A stretch of 63,524 bases of DNA, filler included, from Olpidium bornovanus S191 (Eukaryota > Fungi > Olpidiomycota): assembly GCA_017911155.1 (NCBI GenBank). It is 30 parts of 30 records of this genome, joined end to end, with 100 filler letters (N's around TTAATTAATTAA, not from the genome) between each part and the next. Parts side by side here need not be neighbours in the genome. Positions count along the whole stretch, not along the records: positions 50,190 to 51,839 come from JAEFCI010012523.1; positions 51,940 to 55,853 come from JAEFCI010004598.1; positions 55,954 to 59,927 come from JAEFCI010003653.1; positions 60,028 to 61,715 come from JAEFCI010001273.1; positions 61,816 to 63,524 come from JAEFCI010001175.1; 25 more parts are not named here. The stretch is one strand, 5' to 3'. The notes under the pieces were generated by a model that was not told where the DNA came from, searched no databases, and saw only the letters and a list, made by a program, of their open reading frames with translations. Below are positions 50,891 through 62,925 of the stretch, one piece after another; the first letter of the stretch is position 1; each line of letters opens with the position of its first letter. Made by a program: the position numbers and the translations under genes.

Positions 50891-52130
50891 GGTTCGTCGG
50901 CCTGCGCGACGTGCAGCCTTTGTAAGCTCGCGGCGTGTTGGAGGGCCAGCGGACGTCTTAAATGTTTCCGCGCGCTGCGCTCGATGATGACGGGCCCCCA
51001 CGGGAAAAGTGAATCTCAGCTGAACCGCAGCCGGAACCCCGCACACGGAAACGAAACACGTCGCGTGCGACAAAAACGTCGTCCGCCGGAGCCAAATTTT
51101 TGCGTGCAGCAAGTAAAAGATACGTCGTGTTTTCCGGTGCGCGTGGTTGGGACACAGGTGGGGGAGGTACGGGGACACGAAGGCGTGATTCGGCAAACTG
51201 ACCCGCAATTCCTTCGCGTCGCTGCCGGTTCGACCGCACAACACCGAAAACAAAATCAAAGTGCCCTGTGTCCGGAGAACGCCCCTATTGGCGGCCTGGA
51301 TCGTCCAACCAGAAGCTGGTGAGCGCCGCCCGGTTGCGTAGCGGAGAGGTTGTCGACGGGATCTCCCTCTACCCTACTCCGTGCGCCCGGCGAAAAGGGC
51401 GTCGCCGCGTAAACGCCGCTGAGCTCCCCAATAAGGCTTGCAGGAAGCAACGAGAATCAGAACTCAATAGCACTAGTGGAGCAAGGGAAGGGTCTGCCAG
51501 CCCTCGAGCGCGACCAAGAAGCAGCAGATGAGACGGGAGCAACGGCATCAGGAGATCGGGACAGCACGTCTCCAACCAGACAGCAAACACGGCGCCTGGA
51601 AATAGTAACGGCACGCCAGCAACAGGGAGATTACGACGCAACCATAATGCCCCTCACTGGTCGTGCTATCGTCACTCGAAACGAAAGCGTAAGGAGTGGA
51701 TACTGCGGTGGAGTGTTGCATGTTTCCAAAACGCATTTGGATAATAGCCGTCAGTTTCCCAGCAGGAGCTGTCAGTTTTCTTAGCGTTTTTTAGCATTTT
51801 TTCTTGATATTATTTAGACTTCACCTCACAACTTCACTCNNNNNNNNNNNNNNNNNNNNNNNNNNNNNNNNNNNNNNNNNNNNTTAATTAATTAANNNNN
51901 NNNNNNNNNNNNNNNNNNNNNNNNNNNNNNNNNNNNNNNCATGAATTGTACGCAGAACCACAAGTCAACGGATAAGTGCAGAGACGTTTACGCTGTCTCC
52001 TGGAATGTAACAATGATGCAAAAACAGTTTAGACCACCCCAGGACTCTTTGGTATAAACGCAAGGTTACAATTGCAATTTAGTTGCTGTCTGCTTACTGA
52101 ATAAGACGAAACGTTCCAGCAACGCGGCAC

Positions 52131-52853
52131 GGAATCAAGAGCTACATCAAGTGGGAAGGTTACGAATCCAGCAAAGCAACCTGGAAACACGGCAAACGGA
52201 CTTTGGAAGAATTTGACACTTGATTTGAATTCAATGTATTTTTTCCCGACGACGTTCCTGATGTCCCTGACGCCGGTCTCAAGGTTCCGGACGTTTCTGA
52301 TGTCCCCGACGCCGGTCTCGACATACCCGACGTCCCCAACGGCGGTCTCGACGTTCTTGACGTTCCTGACGTCCCCGACGCCGGTCTCGACGGTCCCGAC
52401 GTCTCAGACACCGGTCTCGACGTTTCTGACGCCGGTCTCGACGTTTCCGACGTCTCTGACACCGGTCTCGACGTTCCTGACGCCGGTCTCAACGTTTGTG
52501 ACCTTCCTGACGTTCCCGACGGCGGTTTCGACGTTCCTGACGGCGGTCTCGACGTACCTGACATTCCCGAAATCCCCGATAGCGGTCTCAACGTTCCTGA
52601 CGCTCCTGACGTTCCTGACGTTTCTGACGTTCCTGAAACGTCCCCGACGGCGGTCTCGACGGTCCCAACGACGGTCCCCAACGGCGGTCTCGACATTCTC
52701 GACGTCTCCGACACCGGTGTCGACGTTCCTGACGCCGGTCTCGACGTTCGCGACCTTCCTGACGTTCTCGCCTGCGGTCTCGACATTCCCAATGTCTCCG
52801 ACGCCGGTCTCGACGCTCCGGACATTTCTGACATTAGCCGCGAAGCATGTTAA
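52131..52853 (+). pseudogene. Chromodomain-like fragment followed in frame by an acidic (Asp-Val-Pro / Asp-Ala-Gly-Leu) repeat
   Basis: GIKSYIKWEGYESSKATWKH..LEEFDT, one TGA at 52221, then FEFNVFFPDDVPDVPDAGLKVPDVSDVPDAGLDIPD... open to TAA at 52851. Not listed in the ORF track because it has no start codon. Confidence 0.55.
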
Positions 52854-53080
52854 TGTGAACGCTTAGCCGCGAAGCATGATAATGTGAACGCTTAGCCGCG
52901 GATTACGTTTTAATGTGACCCCCTGGCCCCGCCGGCCGCGAGGCGGATTACGTTTTAATGTGACTTAGCCGCGAAGCATGTTAATGTGAACGCTTAGCCG
53001 CGAAGCATGTTAACGTGAACGCTAAGCCGCGAAGCATGTTAATGTGAACGCTTAGCCGCGAAGCATGTTAATGTGAACGC
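52834..53080. repeat. 29-bp tandem array with nested interruption
   Basis: TTAGCCGCGAAGCATGTTAATGTGAACGC in six full copies and one partial. It is interrupted at about 52898-52964 by two copies of GCGGATTACGTTTTAATGTGAC around a GC-rich core. Confidence 0.95.
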
Positions 53081-53407
53081 TCCCCACCAGTAGGTGCGCC
53101 ACTGCCACCTGACTCGTACAGCGACAGTGACATACTCAACTTTGTCCACAGTTGCATCAAAACACGATTGGATTTCGAAGAAGCGCCCGTAACTTTTGCG
53201 ATGGCAATGATAACCATCTTCGGCCGTCGCGTGTCCGTTGTGACACCCTCAGCCAAGTCGACATGGTTCCCGGTTCCGAAGGAGTCCTTGATAAAGCCAT
53301 AGACCTCGGCGGGGACGCCGAGAGAGCAGTACGTTCCCATGTAGGTTCCATCCCAGGACCTGCCTCCACGGCTGTAGGTCTTCCTGACACCGACCGTAGA
53401 ACGGTCG

Positions 53408-53466
53408 ACTCAACGCCCAACTCAACACCCAACTCAACACCCAACTCAACACCCAACACCCAACAC
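53408..53466. repeat. 12-bp tandem repeat
   Basis: (ACTCAACACCCA)x4 plus a decaying tail; a related inverted copy lies at about 53612-53642. Confidence 0.85.
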
Positions 53467-55170
53467 AAGCTAATTACCACCCTCTAACCCCCAGGAAAGC
53501 TAGAAAAAAGGAGAAACATGTCTTGGGCGTGACAGGGGAATCTCTGTTATAGCTGGGGGGGGGGGGGTTGGTTTTAGGGCAAGCAAATTAGCGCCGGCGT
53601 GCAGCTGCCCTGGGAGTTTGGGGTTGAGTCGGGTGTTGGGTGATGTGGTGCGAGGAAGAAAGGTTCGGGTGCGGTGTCGAGTCCGCCGCCGCAGTCGTGG
53701 CGAGTCGCCTGTGATTGGCCAGGAAGGATGACAGACGGACAGACGGGATGTTCATCACGCCAGACACTGGGTTTAACCCTACCGGGCTCACCCAGCACTT
53801 CAGAGATGTCCCTTTCTGGTGTGCCTCCATTGCCCTTCGAACAAAGGGGGGTTCCGTTCTGGCGTGTGCCCCTGGTGATTTGAATGGGGGTGTCCCCGTC
53901 CGGCCTCGCTTCTGGGGCCCCGATGTCGATGGTCGATTGTCGATGGTGGCGTCGACGCCCGGAATCTGCATACTACAACACTCCCACTCGCTCGAGGGTG
54001 CCATGACAACGGGCAACTACTTCGGAGATTTTCCTTTTTGGGGGGCAAAAGATGTTTGAACCAAGAGCGGCAACATTAGAACTGTCTGGACGCAACCCCA
54101 CTCCACCAAATAACGCGTTTTTTTTGGTCCGGCCCACCGCAATAATCCAATTGAGCCGCCAGTCGACGGCAGCCTCAAGCGTCTTGTCGGCTGGTGAGTC
54201 GACCAGGCGTTCTCGGGCATGGCTCACCGTTGGTTGTCAAGCTGATGCGCGCAAGACGGCCTTTTGGTGAGGGTGCGCCGCCTTGCACTTGCGGCGTGCC
54301 CGAGGAAAGTGTCAAATTTTACGGGGAGCGGTATATTGGGGTTGTCCGCGGTTAAATAGACTCGGGCACTTATCCCTGCCGTCCCCTATACTAATTCATG
54401 AAAACAAAACCAGTCAGACCCTGCAAAAAGTCACCTTCCGCCACCATGCATGGCGCAACCTACCCACTCCCCTCATCCTTCTTTTCCTTTTTTCATTTCC
54501 TTTTCCCTTATCGCATTCCGGGACAGCTCCGGGCGGAGAGCCCGGCAGGACCCGGTCAGCCGCCACACGGCCCCGCTGCAGCCTATACTAGTTCAGTGGC
54601 ACTTTCCGCCGCCACCCCTCACTTCCAGCGACCGCAAAAAAAGGAAACGTTCGGCGGCACTGCCGTGCATATTATGTCGTGGTTTCATTGTTCTGTGTAA
54701 TTCTCCTACAAACATGACTAAGAGCCTACAATTTAAAAACAAAAAGTATAGTGCGTAATCTAAGCTTGAATTCATCGGCGGAAAAAAACAAAAGAAAAAA
54801 AAAATTGAATCGCCCGGTGCACCGTAGGTTTGCAAAAAAAAAAAGCTTTGCGAGCCACGACTGGACACGCTACGCTGCCAGCGGCACCTCTGCCGCACTC
54901 GTGTGGATGGCATGTCTTGCCATTCAAATTGCTTTACAGAAGACTGGCCGGCCACCGCTTTCCATTATGAAACCAGTCAATGCTGAGTTTGCAAAAAACC
55001 TCGACAATTATATCATGTGAACCAACTCGACCGGCGTCGCCGACAACCTTGGCAACCGACGTCCTAGACAAGACGTAAAACTCCCTTCGGCGACCGACCG
55101 CGCCGAGACAGGGACCCCGGTAGGTCCTTAAAACTGCCTGCGACTCCCTGACAAGGAGCCGTGACTGGCG

Positions 55171-55306
55171 ACCTCGGCATGTCGAAAAACTGCCCCAACT
55201 CGAAGCTACCTCGGCAGGTCGTAAAACTGCCCCAACTCGAAGCAACCTCGGCAGGTCGTAAAACTGCCCCAGCTCGAAGCGACCCTGGCAGGTCGAAAAA
55301 CTGCCT
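55171..55306. repeat. 37-bp tandem array
   Basis: ACCTCGGCAGGTCGTAAAACTGCCCCAACTCGAAGC(A/T/G) units start at 55171, 55208, 55245 and 55282; a degenerate copy lies at about 55120. Confidence 0.9.
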
Positions 55307-55999
55307 CGACCATCCAGGCGGCGACAGGGGGACAGACGTTTTCTGCGAGTCTGAACCCCCCCCCCCCCCGTTTTCTGCTAGTCTGAACCCCCCCGCGACG
55401 TCGAACCAACGAGACTGCGGCCGAGCCCAATGGCTCCTCCCTCCTGGGCTGTCTGGAGACGGCAAGTACTCCAGGCATCGACCACCCGGCGCTCCAGGGG
55501 TTGGAAGACGACGCGCCGCGACAAGACTTTCCGCAGGCGGAAAGTACGGGGGGTGTGCTGTAGCACGGCCCTCAAACCGCCCGTCGACCGACGCCACGGA
55601 AGGCGGGCGGCGGGCGAAGGGCGGCGGGCGAAGGGCGCAGGACAAAGGGCGAGAGGCGGTCGAAGGGCGGAGGCGGCGGCGGGATCGAGGGCAGGGCAGC
55701 CCCCGAACCCGGGGGCCGACCCATAGAATAACCCCCTTCGAAGCCCGCCAATCGAAGAGCTCTCTCTCCTTCCCCCAGCGCCACACGCGGAAGCTCCCCG
55801 CCAACCATCGTTCCCCCCCCTGGGTGAACGATACTGCCCGCCAACCATTGTTCNNNNNNNNNNNNNNNNNNNNNNNNNNNNNNNNNNNNNNNNNNNNTTA
55901 ATTAATTAANNNNNNNNNNNNNNNNNNNNNNNNNNNNNNNNNNNNNNNNNNNNCATGATTCGGCGGGCCTTTCCCCCACGAACAAAATAATACCTATGT

Positions 56000-56073
56000 T
56001 GCTCCTTGTGAGGATTGAACTCACGACCTCAGGATTATGAGACCTGCGCAACTACCAACTGTGCTAAAGAAGC
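56000..56073 (-). tRNA. tRNA-Met (CAT), elongator type, intronless
   Basis: GCTTCTTTAGCACAGTTGGTAGTTGCGCAGGTCTCATAATCCTGAGGTCGTGAGTTCAATCCTCACAAGGAGCA. Acceptor stem GCTTCTT/AAGGAGC, anticodon loop CTCATAA, T-loop TTCAATC, TTTT tract downstream. Confidence 0.95.
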
Positions 56074-56385
56074 TCCGGTGCTCCCTACCGTCCTCCTGCT
56101 TATTTTAGCCCGTACTGTCGCGGACCTCCCCCATTGCCTCGTGAGCTCTTCTTTTTTTTTTTCCTTTTTTTTTAAAAAAAGGCAGAAAAAATGTCCCTAT
56201 TGCAAAAAGGAATCGACGTTTTCCCCCCCGGCGTAGTGTTTTTGATTTTAAACATTGTGGTTTTATCCAAGAACCGGCTCCGTTTTGAACACTTCCTCCT
56301 CGAGATAATCTATAGGACGTCGACGCATTACGAACGAATACGGATCTGGTCCCGCGGGCCGTTACGCAGCGGCTATACCGTCCAA

Positions 56386-56421
<36 letters not shown>

Positions 56422-56501
56422 GACGGTTCCGTGCCCTTGGTAAAACGGTGCGGAGCTCTTGCCTCGCTGGAAAGACGTTGCCGGATCAATTGAACCCTTC
56501 G

Positions 56502-56532
<31 letters not shown>

Positions 56533-57091
56533 CGGCCGGCGTTTGTGATTCGACGGATGACGCAGTCGGAAAACACGACGAGCAGCCGCGCACGCTCCTA
56601 TTGAAGGAGAGCGTGGCTCCTCCTCAAGATTAACCTTACCGCGAATTCTGTACACGAGGTTGCGCACGCCGAACATTTCCGCGCGGTTCTGTGATTGACG
56701 GAGGTCAGCAAAGTGGTGGTGGTGGTGAAAGGGGGGGATCGCTTCGCGGAGCGGGTGCCGGTGCAGGGGGGGAAGAACCCGGCCCCCCCCCCCCCCTCCT
56801 CTCGCCCCCGCCTAACCTGTCGTGTCCGCGGCCGCCCGCGCGCCCCACGGTTTCCCCGTACAAATCCCCACACGGGGGAGAACCGGACAGAGCCCGCCGG
56901 CGCGGCGCTCACCTTCCTCCGCCACAACCTTCCTCACGCCACGCAAACGCGCCTGCACAGAGAGAAACCCCACCGGCAAACAGGCAGGCAGGCACACGGG
57001 AAGGGGGGGGCGAGTGGGGAAAATATGCCATTTAGACAAAAGACAAAAAAAAAACCGTGGGATTTTTTTTTTGCGCGCCAGAGTGAGAAGA

Positions 57092-57123
<32 letters not shown>

Positions 57124-57359
57124 GGGGGGAAACCTTAAATGATTCTTGGATCTAATAAAAAAAAAACGGAAGAAAGGCTTACGTAAATGTGCTTCGTGGG
57201 CGGGTGCGTTGTTTGTCCCTATGATATGAACTCGAGCAAAAAAAAGAAACAAACAAAAGGGCGGGAATGCAGGGGGGGGGGGTTTCTACTATGCTTCTGG
57301 GCGGGCGATATTGCCGGCGCGGGCGCGTCTCGGTTTTTTTCTTTTTTTTTTTTTCCCTC

Positions 57360-59269
57360 TCAAGAAGCTTGATGACGAAGATTAGGCGACGGACAGGGAG
57401 ATCGTCCGTGCTCCGAATGCGTGTACGTGTGCCGGAGCGGCGTAATGTTTAGCAAGATGTCGGGCGGCTGCAGGGTCATCAGCGGGACCTGCTGGTGATG
57501 TTGAAACGGGGGGGGATGCAGCAAGAACGGCGGCGAGTCGCGACCCGCCGGCTGCCCCGCCGCTGCGCCGATGACGGGCGACGGGCACCGCGACGGGCAC
57601 CCCGACGGCGGGTTCGAGTCGAACCTCAGGGCCGACAGCGGCGGCAGCGTGACGCCCCCCGCGCTCGAGTCCCAGGGAAACTTGGGGTCGCGGTGCGGCC
57701 GGGACGGGGGCAGCGAGAACAGGTGGTGTGCCGGCGGCCGCCGCAGCGGCAGGGGCGCCAGGAGCTCCGGGAGCTGGAGCATGGACTTGCCGGGGTTCTG
57801 GGCCCCTTTCGGGAAGGGCCGCTGCCGCAGGGGGTCCGACGCGTGTTCGGGCGTCGCGGCGCTTTTGCCCGCGTCGACCGCCGCCGCCGCGGCCGCGTAC
57901 AGCCGCTCGCTCACCGAGGAGGCGCATTCGGTCTTGAACTTGGTGTCCCACGGCGGGTTTCGGTGCGACGACGACAGCGGGGAGGAGAGCCCCTCGTCCA
58001 CCTGCAGCATGTGGACGTCTGCACGCGCGCGGCTCTCGCCGTCTTCGCCGTCGCATTCGCGGTCGATGCCGAGTCGCTTCCTGAGAGAAACAATTTCCTT
58101 TTTCAAGTTCTGCGTGTGTCAAAGGCAGGAGCCCCGTCAGAGCCCGGTTTTGGGGGAGTGCAAGGGGGATAGTCTCAAAGCGGAAACCATCGAAGAGGAA
58201 GCTCACTGCCGCCCACGGGGTCTGACCCCGCACACCCACTTCGATGTATAAAATGGCGGTCTTTAACACGAGGCCCTTGTTCGGCTTCCTGCCACCCAGG
58301 TAGCGGGCCGGCAACGCGTGGGCAATGTCGTCGATCGTGTTGTTAATTGTATCGCGGCGCCTCCGTTCGACAACGTTGTGGTTCTCTCGACGCCTCCGCT
58401 GCCGGTCCAGCATGGCGTGCGCATCGAGCTGCTGGCGGGGATTCGGTCGGGCAAAGTCGGGCGAGGCAGGAGCGCTCACCGGCGACGGGTACTGAGGAGC
58501 GGCGGCGGGTTCGTAAGGCAGAGGCAGGGTTCCCTGAAAAAATCGGCAGTGGCGGTCGTCCGCGGCGTTTGCGGCAGCCGCCGCCTTTCGGCGTCGACGC
58601 GGCACGGATGAGCATCAAGCGGCGGCCGAAAACGAACGCAGGCCGGGGCCGACGCGCCGGGGGGGGGGCAAAAAAAAAAGCGACACAAACCTGGAAACCG
58701 GCGGCAGGCGTGTGGCTTTGGTAGTGGCGGACGCGCCACTCGTCCTCGGCTTCCCCGGGCACAGGAGACGGCGCGGACGACGAGGGGGTCGACGAGTCGT
58801 ACAGGCGGGCGCCGTGGTGATCGTCGCGGGAACAGTTCTGCTGCGCGGCGGCGGGGCAGGGCCCCGAGCAGCCCGCCGGGGGCGGAGAGGCGTGGACGGG
58901 ATTCTGGGGGCTGCAGGCGGCGGGCGCGTGGGCGCCGCAATCCTGGCCTTCCGTCCAAGCGGCGGGCAGCGACAGGGTGCGGACGACCGGCGGCTTTTCG
59001 GGCTGGGGCGCGACGGGGCTCCTCTCTGCGAAACTGCTGCACCGCGAGGAGACGTGCGGCCACCGGCAGCCGCGGTGGCGGTGGCGGTCGAGAACGTGCG
59101 GCGACGAAGGGCGCCCGAACGGCGGTGGCGTCCGGCGGCCGTCGCACTGGCCCGGAGCGGCCTCGGCGGCCGCGTAGGGCGGCGACGGCGGCGCCAACGG
59201 GTTCGGCCCGGGCGGGGGCCCCGCGCCGTGCTGCCGGGCCGCGTCGCCGTCGTGGTTGGCGCAGGCCAT
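57360..59269 (-). CDS. bHLH-leucine-zipper transcription factor (USF/MiT-TFE/Cbf1-like)
   Basis: RRRRENHNVVERRRRDTINNTIDDIAHALP..RKPNKGLVLKTAILYIE|NLKKEIVSLRKRLG: H-x3-E-x3-R E-box basic region with an intron before the zipper. Start (59269) and first intron are approximate. Confidence 0.85.
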
Positions 59270-59863
59270 GCGTGCGTGCGTGCGTTGCGCGCTTTGAGGG
59301 CGCGTTGACAACCCTGTGCTTCGTGTCCTGTGACGCCTCTCGGGAGCCCTCGTTTGCTCCGGCTTTTCGCGGACGCCGGCGGGGGCCCCGAAATCGACCA
59401 CACTCCGCGGGGGAGGAGAGAGTACGGCGGGGGGACGGCTCCGCCCGTCTGGCTGTCTCTCTGTCGTTTCTCTTCCGCGAGAAAGGGCGGCGTTGGCGGG
59501 GGAGCCGACGACGGAGAGTGACGAAAACGGCGGTGAGACGGGAAAGAGGCAGAGAGGACGAGCGGGGGAAGCGAAAAAAAAAAAAATCCTTTCTCGCCGC
59601 GGAGCGTCACCCGCCCGCCGCAGGGCGTGCACGACACACCCCGCACACAGCACAGCGCACGGCAGCCTCTCCGTCGCAGAACCCAGCTCTGTCAGAAAGA
59701 GCCGGGGGGGGGGGCCGACGCGTCGGGGGTCGAGGGCGGCGAAATCCGGCATTTTTTCATCGACGGAACTGCCGGTCGCGGTGCGCTGCCTGCGGAATCC
59801 CAATCCCGCTAAAATTCCGTTCTGCGAAATTGCGATTCTGAAACATCCTTCCGACGCCACTGC

Positions 59864-59927
<64 letters not shown>

Positions 59928-61185
59928 NNNNNNNNNNNNNNNNNNNNNNNNNNNNNNNNNNNNNNNNNNNNTTAATTAATTAANNNNNNNNNNNNNNNNN
60001 NNNNNNNNNNNNNNNNNNNNNNNNNNNCATGCTCGACAAGTTCACCAAGAACGGTGCGGCAAGTTGCAACTAACTTCTTTTTCAGTGATCCCTTTCTGCT
60101 TTTTCTGTGCTTTTTGTTGTTTGTTTTATGAAAATCCCTCCCCCCCCAAAATCATAAAATTAGAAAAACACAAAATGATATGTGCCCCCCCTCCCCCTCC
60201 CTTTCTTGTTCCGTGCTTTTTTAATTAGTGGATTAAAATTTAAGCTACAGGATATTACACTATTATACTTTATAATAATAACATTATTCAATACAACCAA
60301 TATAGGTTGCTTACCAATAATATCCCTTTCTTGTTCCGTGTTTTTCAAAAACGAAGAAAACCCAAAAAATCATAACATCACAAAAACACAAAAAGATATG
60401 TGCCCTTCCTTTTTTTGTTCTTTGTTTGTTTGTTTTCTTCGCTCTTTTTACAGAATACGACAAACTCCACGGCGACGCGGCACCGGAAGTCAGGACGAAG
60501 TGAAGTGACGGGGTCGGCCCAGCACCGTTGGGGTGCAGGTTGCCGTCTGACCCGCGTGGGCGTGCCTTCTTCTGTTGGAACGCGGGTTCGGGCGGAGAAT
60601 GGCTCCCACCTCACTGAACTTGATGAGGGCCCGGGTGTTGACCGCCGCAGCCAGGTCGGCCACCGAGGTGCAATCCGCTTTCTCCCTTTCGCTTCGCTGC
60701 GCCCAGGCCAGAGGCGTGGCGAAAGCATAAGTCGCCGATGATGAAGGAAAGTCGGATCAAATTATCTGATCTGAGGCGCACCATCTTTTTAATGCAGCCC
60801 CGGTGCTCTCATTTGAGCCCAGGACGGTCCCAAGCCCGTGTAAATGCAGAGGGAAAAGAGTATCTGGTTCTGTTTCGCGGGGGGGTTTTTTTGTTGAGGA
60901 AGGGCCGGGCCGGGTCCATCTGCACGTTTCTGTGCGGTGAAAAGGCGGGTGGGACGCGACGTTACTCCGCCTTCCGCCGCCCGTGTTTTCTTCCCGGCGT
61001 TTTTCTTTGTCACGAGGCAGCGATGCCACGGGGTGAGGGTGGAGGAAGGGGGGAAGGGCCGGCGGTGAGAAAATACCGGGCGTTGGATTCAAAAGGCTAG
61101 AGAGCGCCCTCCGCCGTCCGGCAGCGGAGAGAAAATTAAAGAGAGAACGAAAAGTCGCGGCCGTCGACGCACGCGTCGCTCCCGT

Positions 61186-61715
61186 TTGCAAATACTTGTG
61201 CTGGCACGTCGGGCCGAAAGAGCCGCGGGTGGAGCTCGTGCGGAACGCCGCGGAACGCGTTTTTACCCGGCACACGGGGCCGAAGACTTTTTTGAATTCA
61301 AGAAAGAATTCCTTGCGGCCATTGAAGCTTCACCAAATTTTGGCCCAAACATTGTCCAAGCCCTCTGTAGGAGCGCGGGGGAAGGGAAGCGCGCCACAGG
61401 ATCCTCTGTTCGTACAACAACGACACCTGCCCCTGTGGAACAGTCAGAGGAGGTCACCCAGAAGGAAAAGCAGATTCTGGCTTACTTACGCAGTGTCCTC
61501 GAAAAGGATGCCGTCACGGAATGGAGGCACTTACGTGAAGAGGGAAGAACATTATCCCTTGCGTCGGTTTGGTGCCACCTTGAAGCTCGCTTTGCTCGCA
61601 AGAAGAAAGACTCTGCAGCCCTCCGCAGACTCCTTGACGTTGAATGGCGGACAGGAGACACGCTCAATCGTCTTTACGACCGCGTCCGTCGCCGCGGCCG
61701 TGAGGCCAAAGAGCG
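61186..61715 (+). mobile_element. LTR-retrotransposon Gag-like fragment (copia-type)
   Basis: LASVWCHLEARFARKKKDSAALRRLLDVEWRTGDTLNRLYDRV resembles the Gag pattern A.EVW..L..RF....L...L....G..V..Y..R. Intronless; runs into the gap. Confidence 0.5.
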
Positions 61716-62824
61716 NNNNNNNNNNNNNNNNNNNNNNNNNNNNNNNNNNNNNNNNNNNNTTAATTAATTAANNNNNNNNNNNNNNNNNNNNNNNNNNNNN
61801 NNNNNNNNNNNNNNNCATGGAAGGCGGACCCCGCTGCATCGAACACCGTCGCGAGGGGGTGTCAGCTACCCTTTCCGGTTGGAGCTTTCGAACCGGCGGA
61901 GAAGGGGGAGGTGCACATTCGCCCAGACTTGGCCACCGAAGCGATCATTCGGGGGGACGTGACAGACGGATTAGAACCGGGAGGCGCCGATTCGGCCCGT
62001 CCGCGGCGAGCGCCCCAGTCGACGGCGTCCGAGATCGTCGCCGCAGCGGAAATGGACGCCGCCGCGTCTCGGTATCCGCTGAAGGGCGCGGAAGCCGACA
62101 CGGAGCGGGAAGCGTCGGAAGAGGTGAGCACTCCCTCTACGGGAGCCGGAACAGGGGCTGCCGCCCTGGCGCCAGGTGCGGAACGGTCCAATCATCCGCG
62201 ACCGGATTGGCCGGTGCAAGCGGGCTACCGCGCCGGCAAATCGGAACCCAAAATCTGGCCTGCCGGAGAGGATTTTAAGATCCGGGTTTGTCCTGTCGCC
62301 GAGCGGCCGGAACGGCGGCCGTGCACCGGACCGGACGAAATCCCGGTGACGGCTAAGATCTGCCTCTCTCTACCCTCAGAGGGGTTCACCGCCGCCGCCG
62401 GTGGCGGCACGAGCGGCCCTGAAGGTCACGTGCGGTCGTGGGTGGCAGGCGTCGCGGCGGTTTTGGGTCCCACGCCGTCGGCGCTACCGGGCGAAGACGG
62501 CGACGTTTTGTCCTTTTAGTGGCGACAGGAGAAAAAAAAATTACGGAAATTTCAGCATTAAAAACCTTCCCTTGCCACGCATTTTTTATACCCCTTTCAT
62601 ATTTTCCTTTTCTTTAATCCAACCAGCAACTCTTTCCACCACCCCTCCTCCCCGAGCCCTCATCGCAACATGGTGGGGGGAGGGGGAGGGAGGGCTGGGG
62701 GGAAGGCCAGAAAAGTTAAAGCTCCACACTTCCGGCACCATTGGATGAAAATCCGCGCATTTATTTTATATAGCCTTCCGGGTGGTTCCCGAAAGAACAA
62801 ATTCGGAAGGCGGCGATTGCGCCC

Positions 62825-62864
<40 letters not shown>

Positions 62865-62875
62865 TTTTTTTTTGG

Positions 62876-62925
<50 letters not shown>

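Noticed and set aside
48577-51839. Primase gene next to a UvrD helicase, suggesting a primase-helicase replication module
   Set aside because: They are on different contigs separated by an artificial linker. The helicase has ordinary host-type introns without the 24-bp repeat and looks like cellular Srs2/UvrD.
52834-55306. 29-bp and 37-bp repeats as possible CRISPR arrays (also the 24-bp arrays)
   Set aside because: The units are head-to-tail with no unique spacers, there are no cas genes, and the context is eukaryotic.
56560-56960. Short exon-like segments, one reading NRAEMFGVRNLVYRIR (faintly like mitochondrial ribosomal protein S6)
   Set aside because: Splice phases of the flanking candidate exons do not support that frame consistently, so the product is unassignable.
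61816-62520. Ala/Ser/Pro-rich frames on both strands
   Set aside because: No recognisable domain, and the coding strand cannot be determined from sequence alone.
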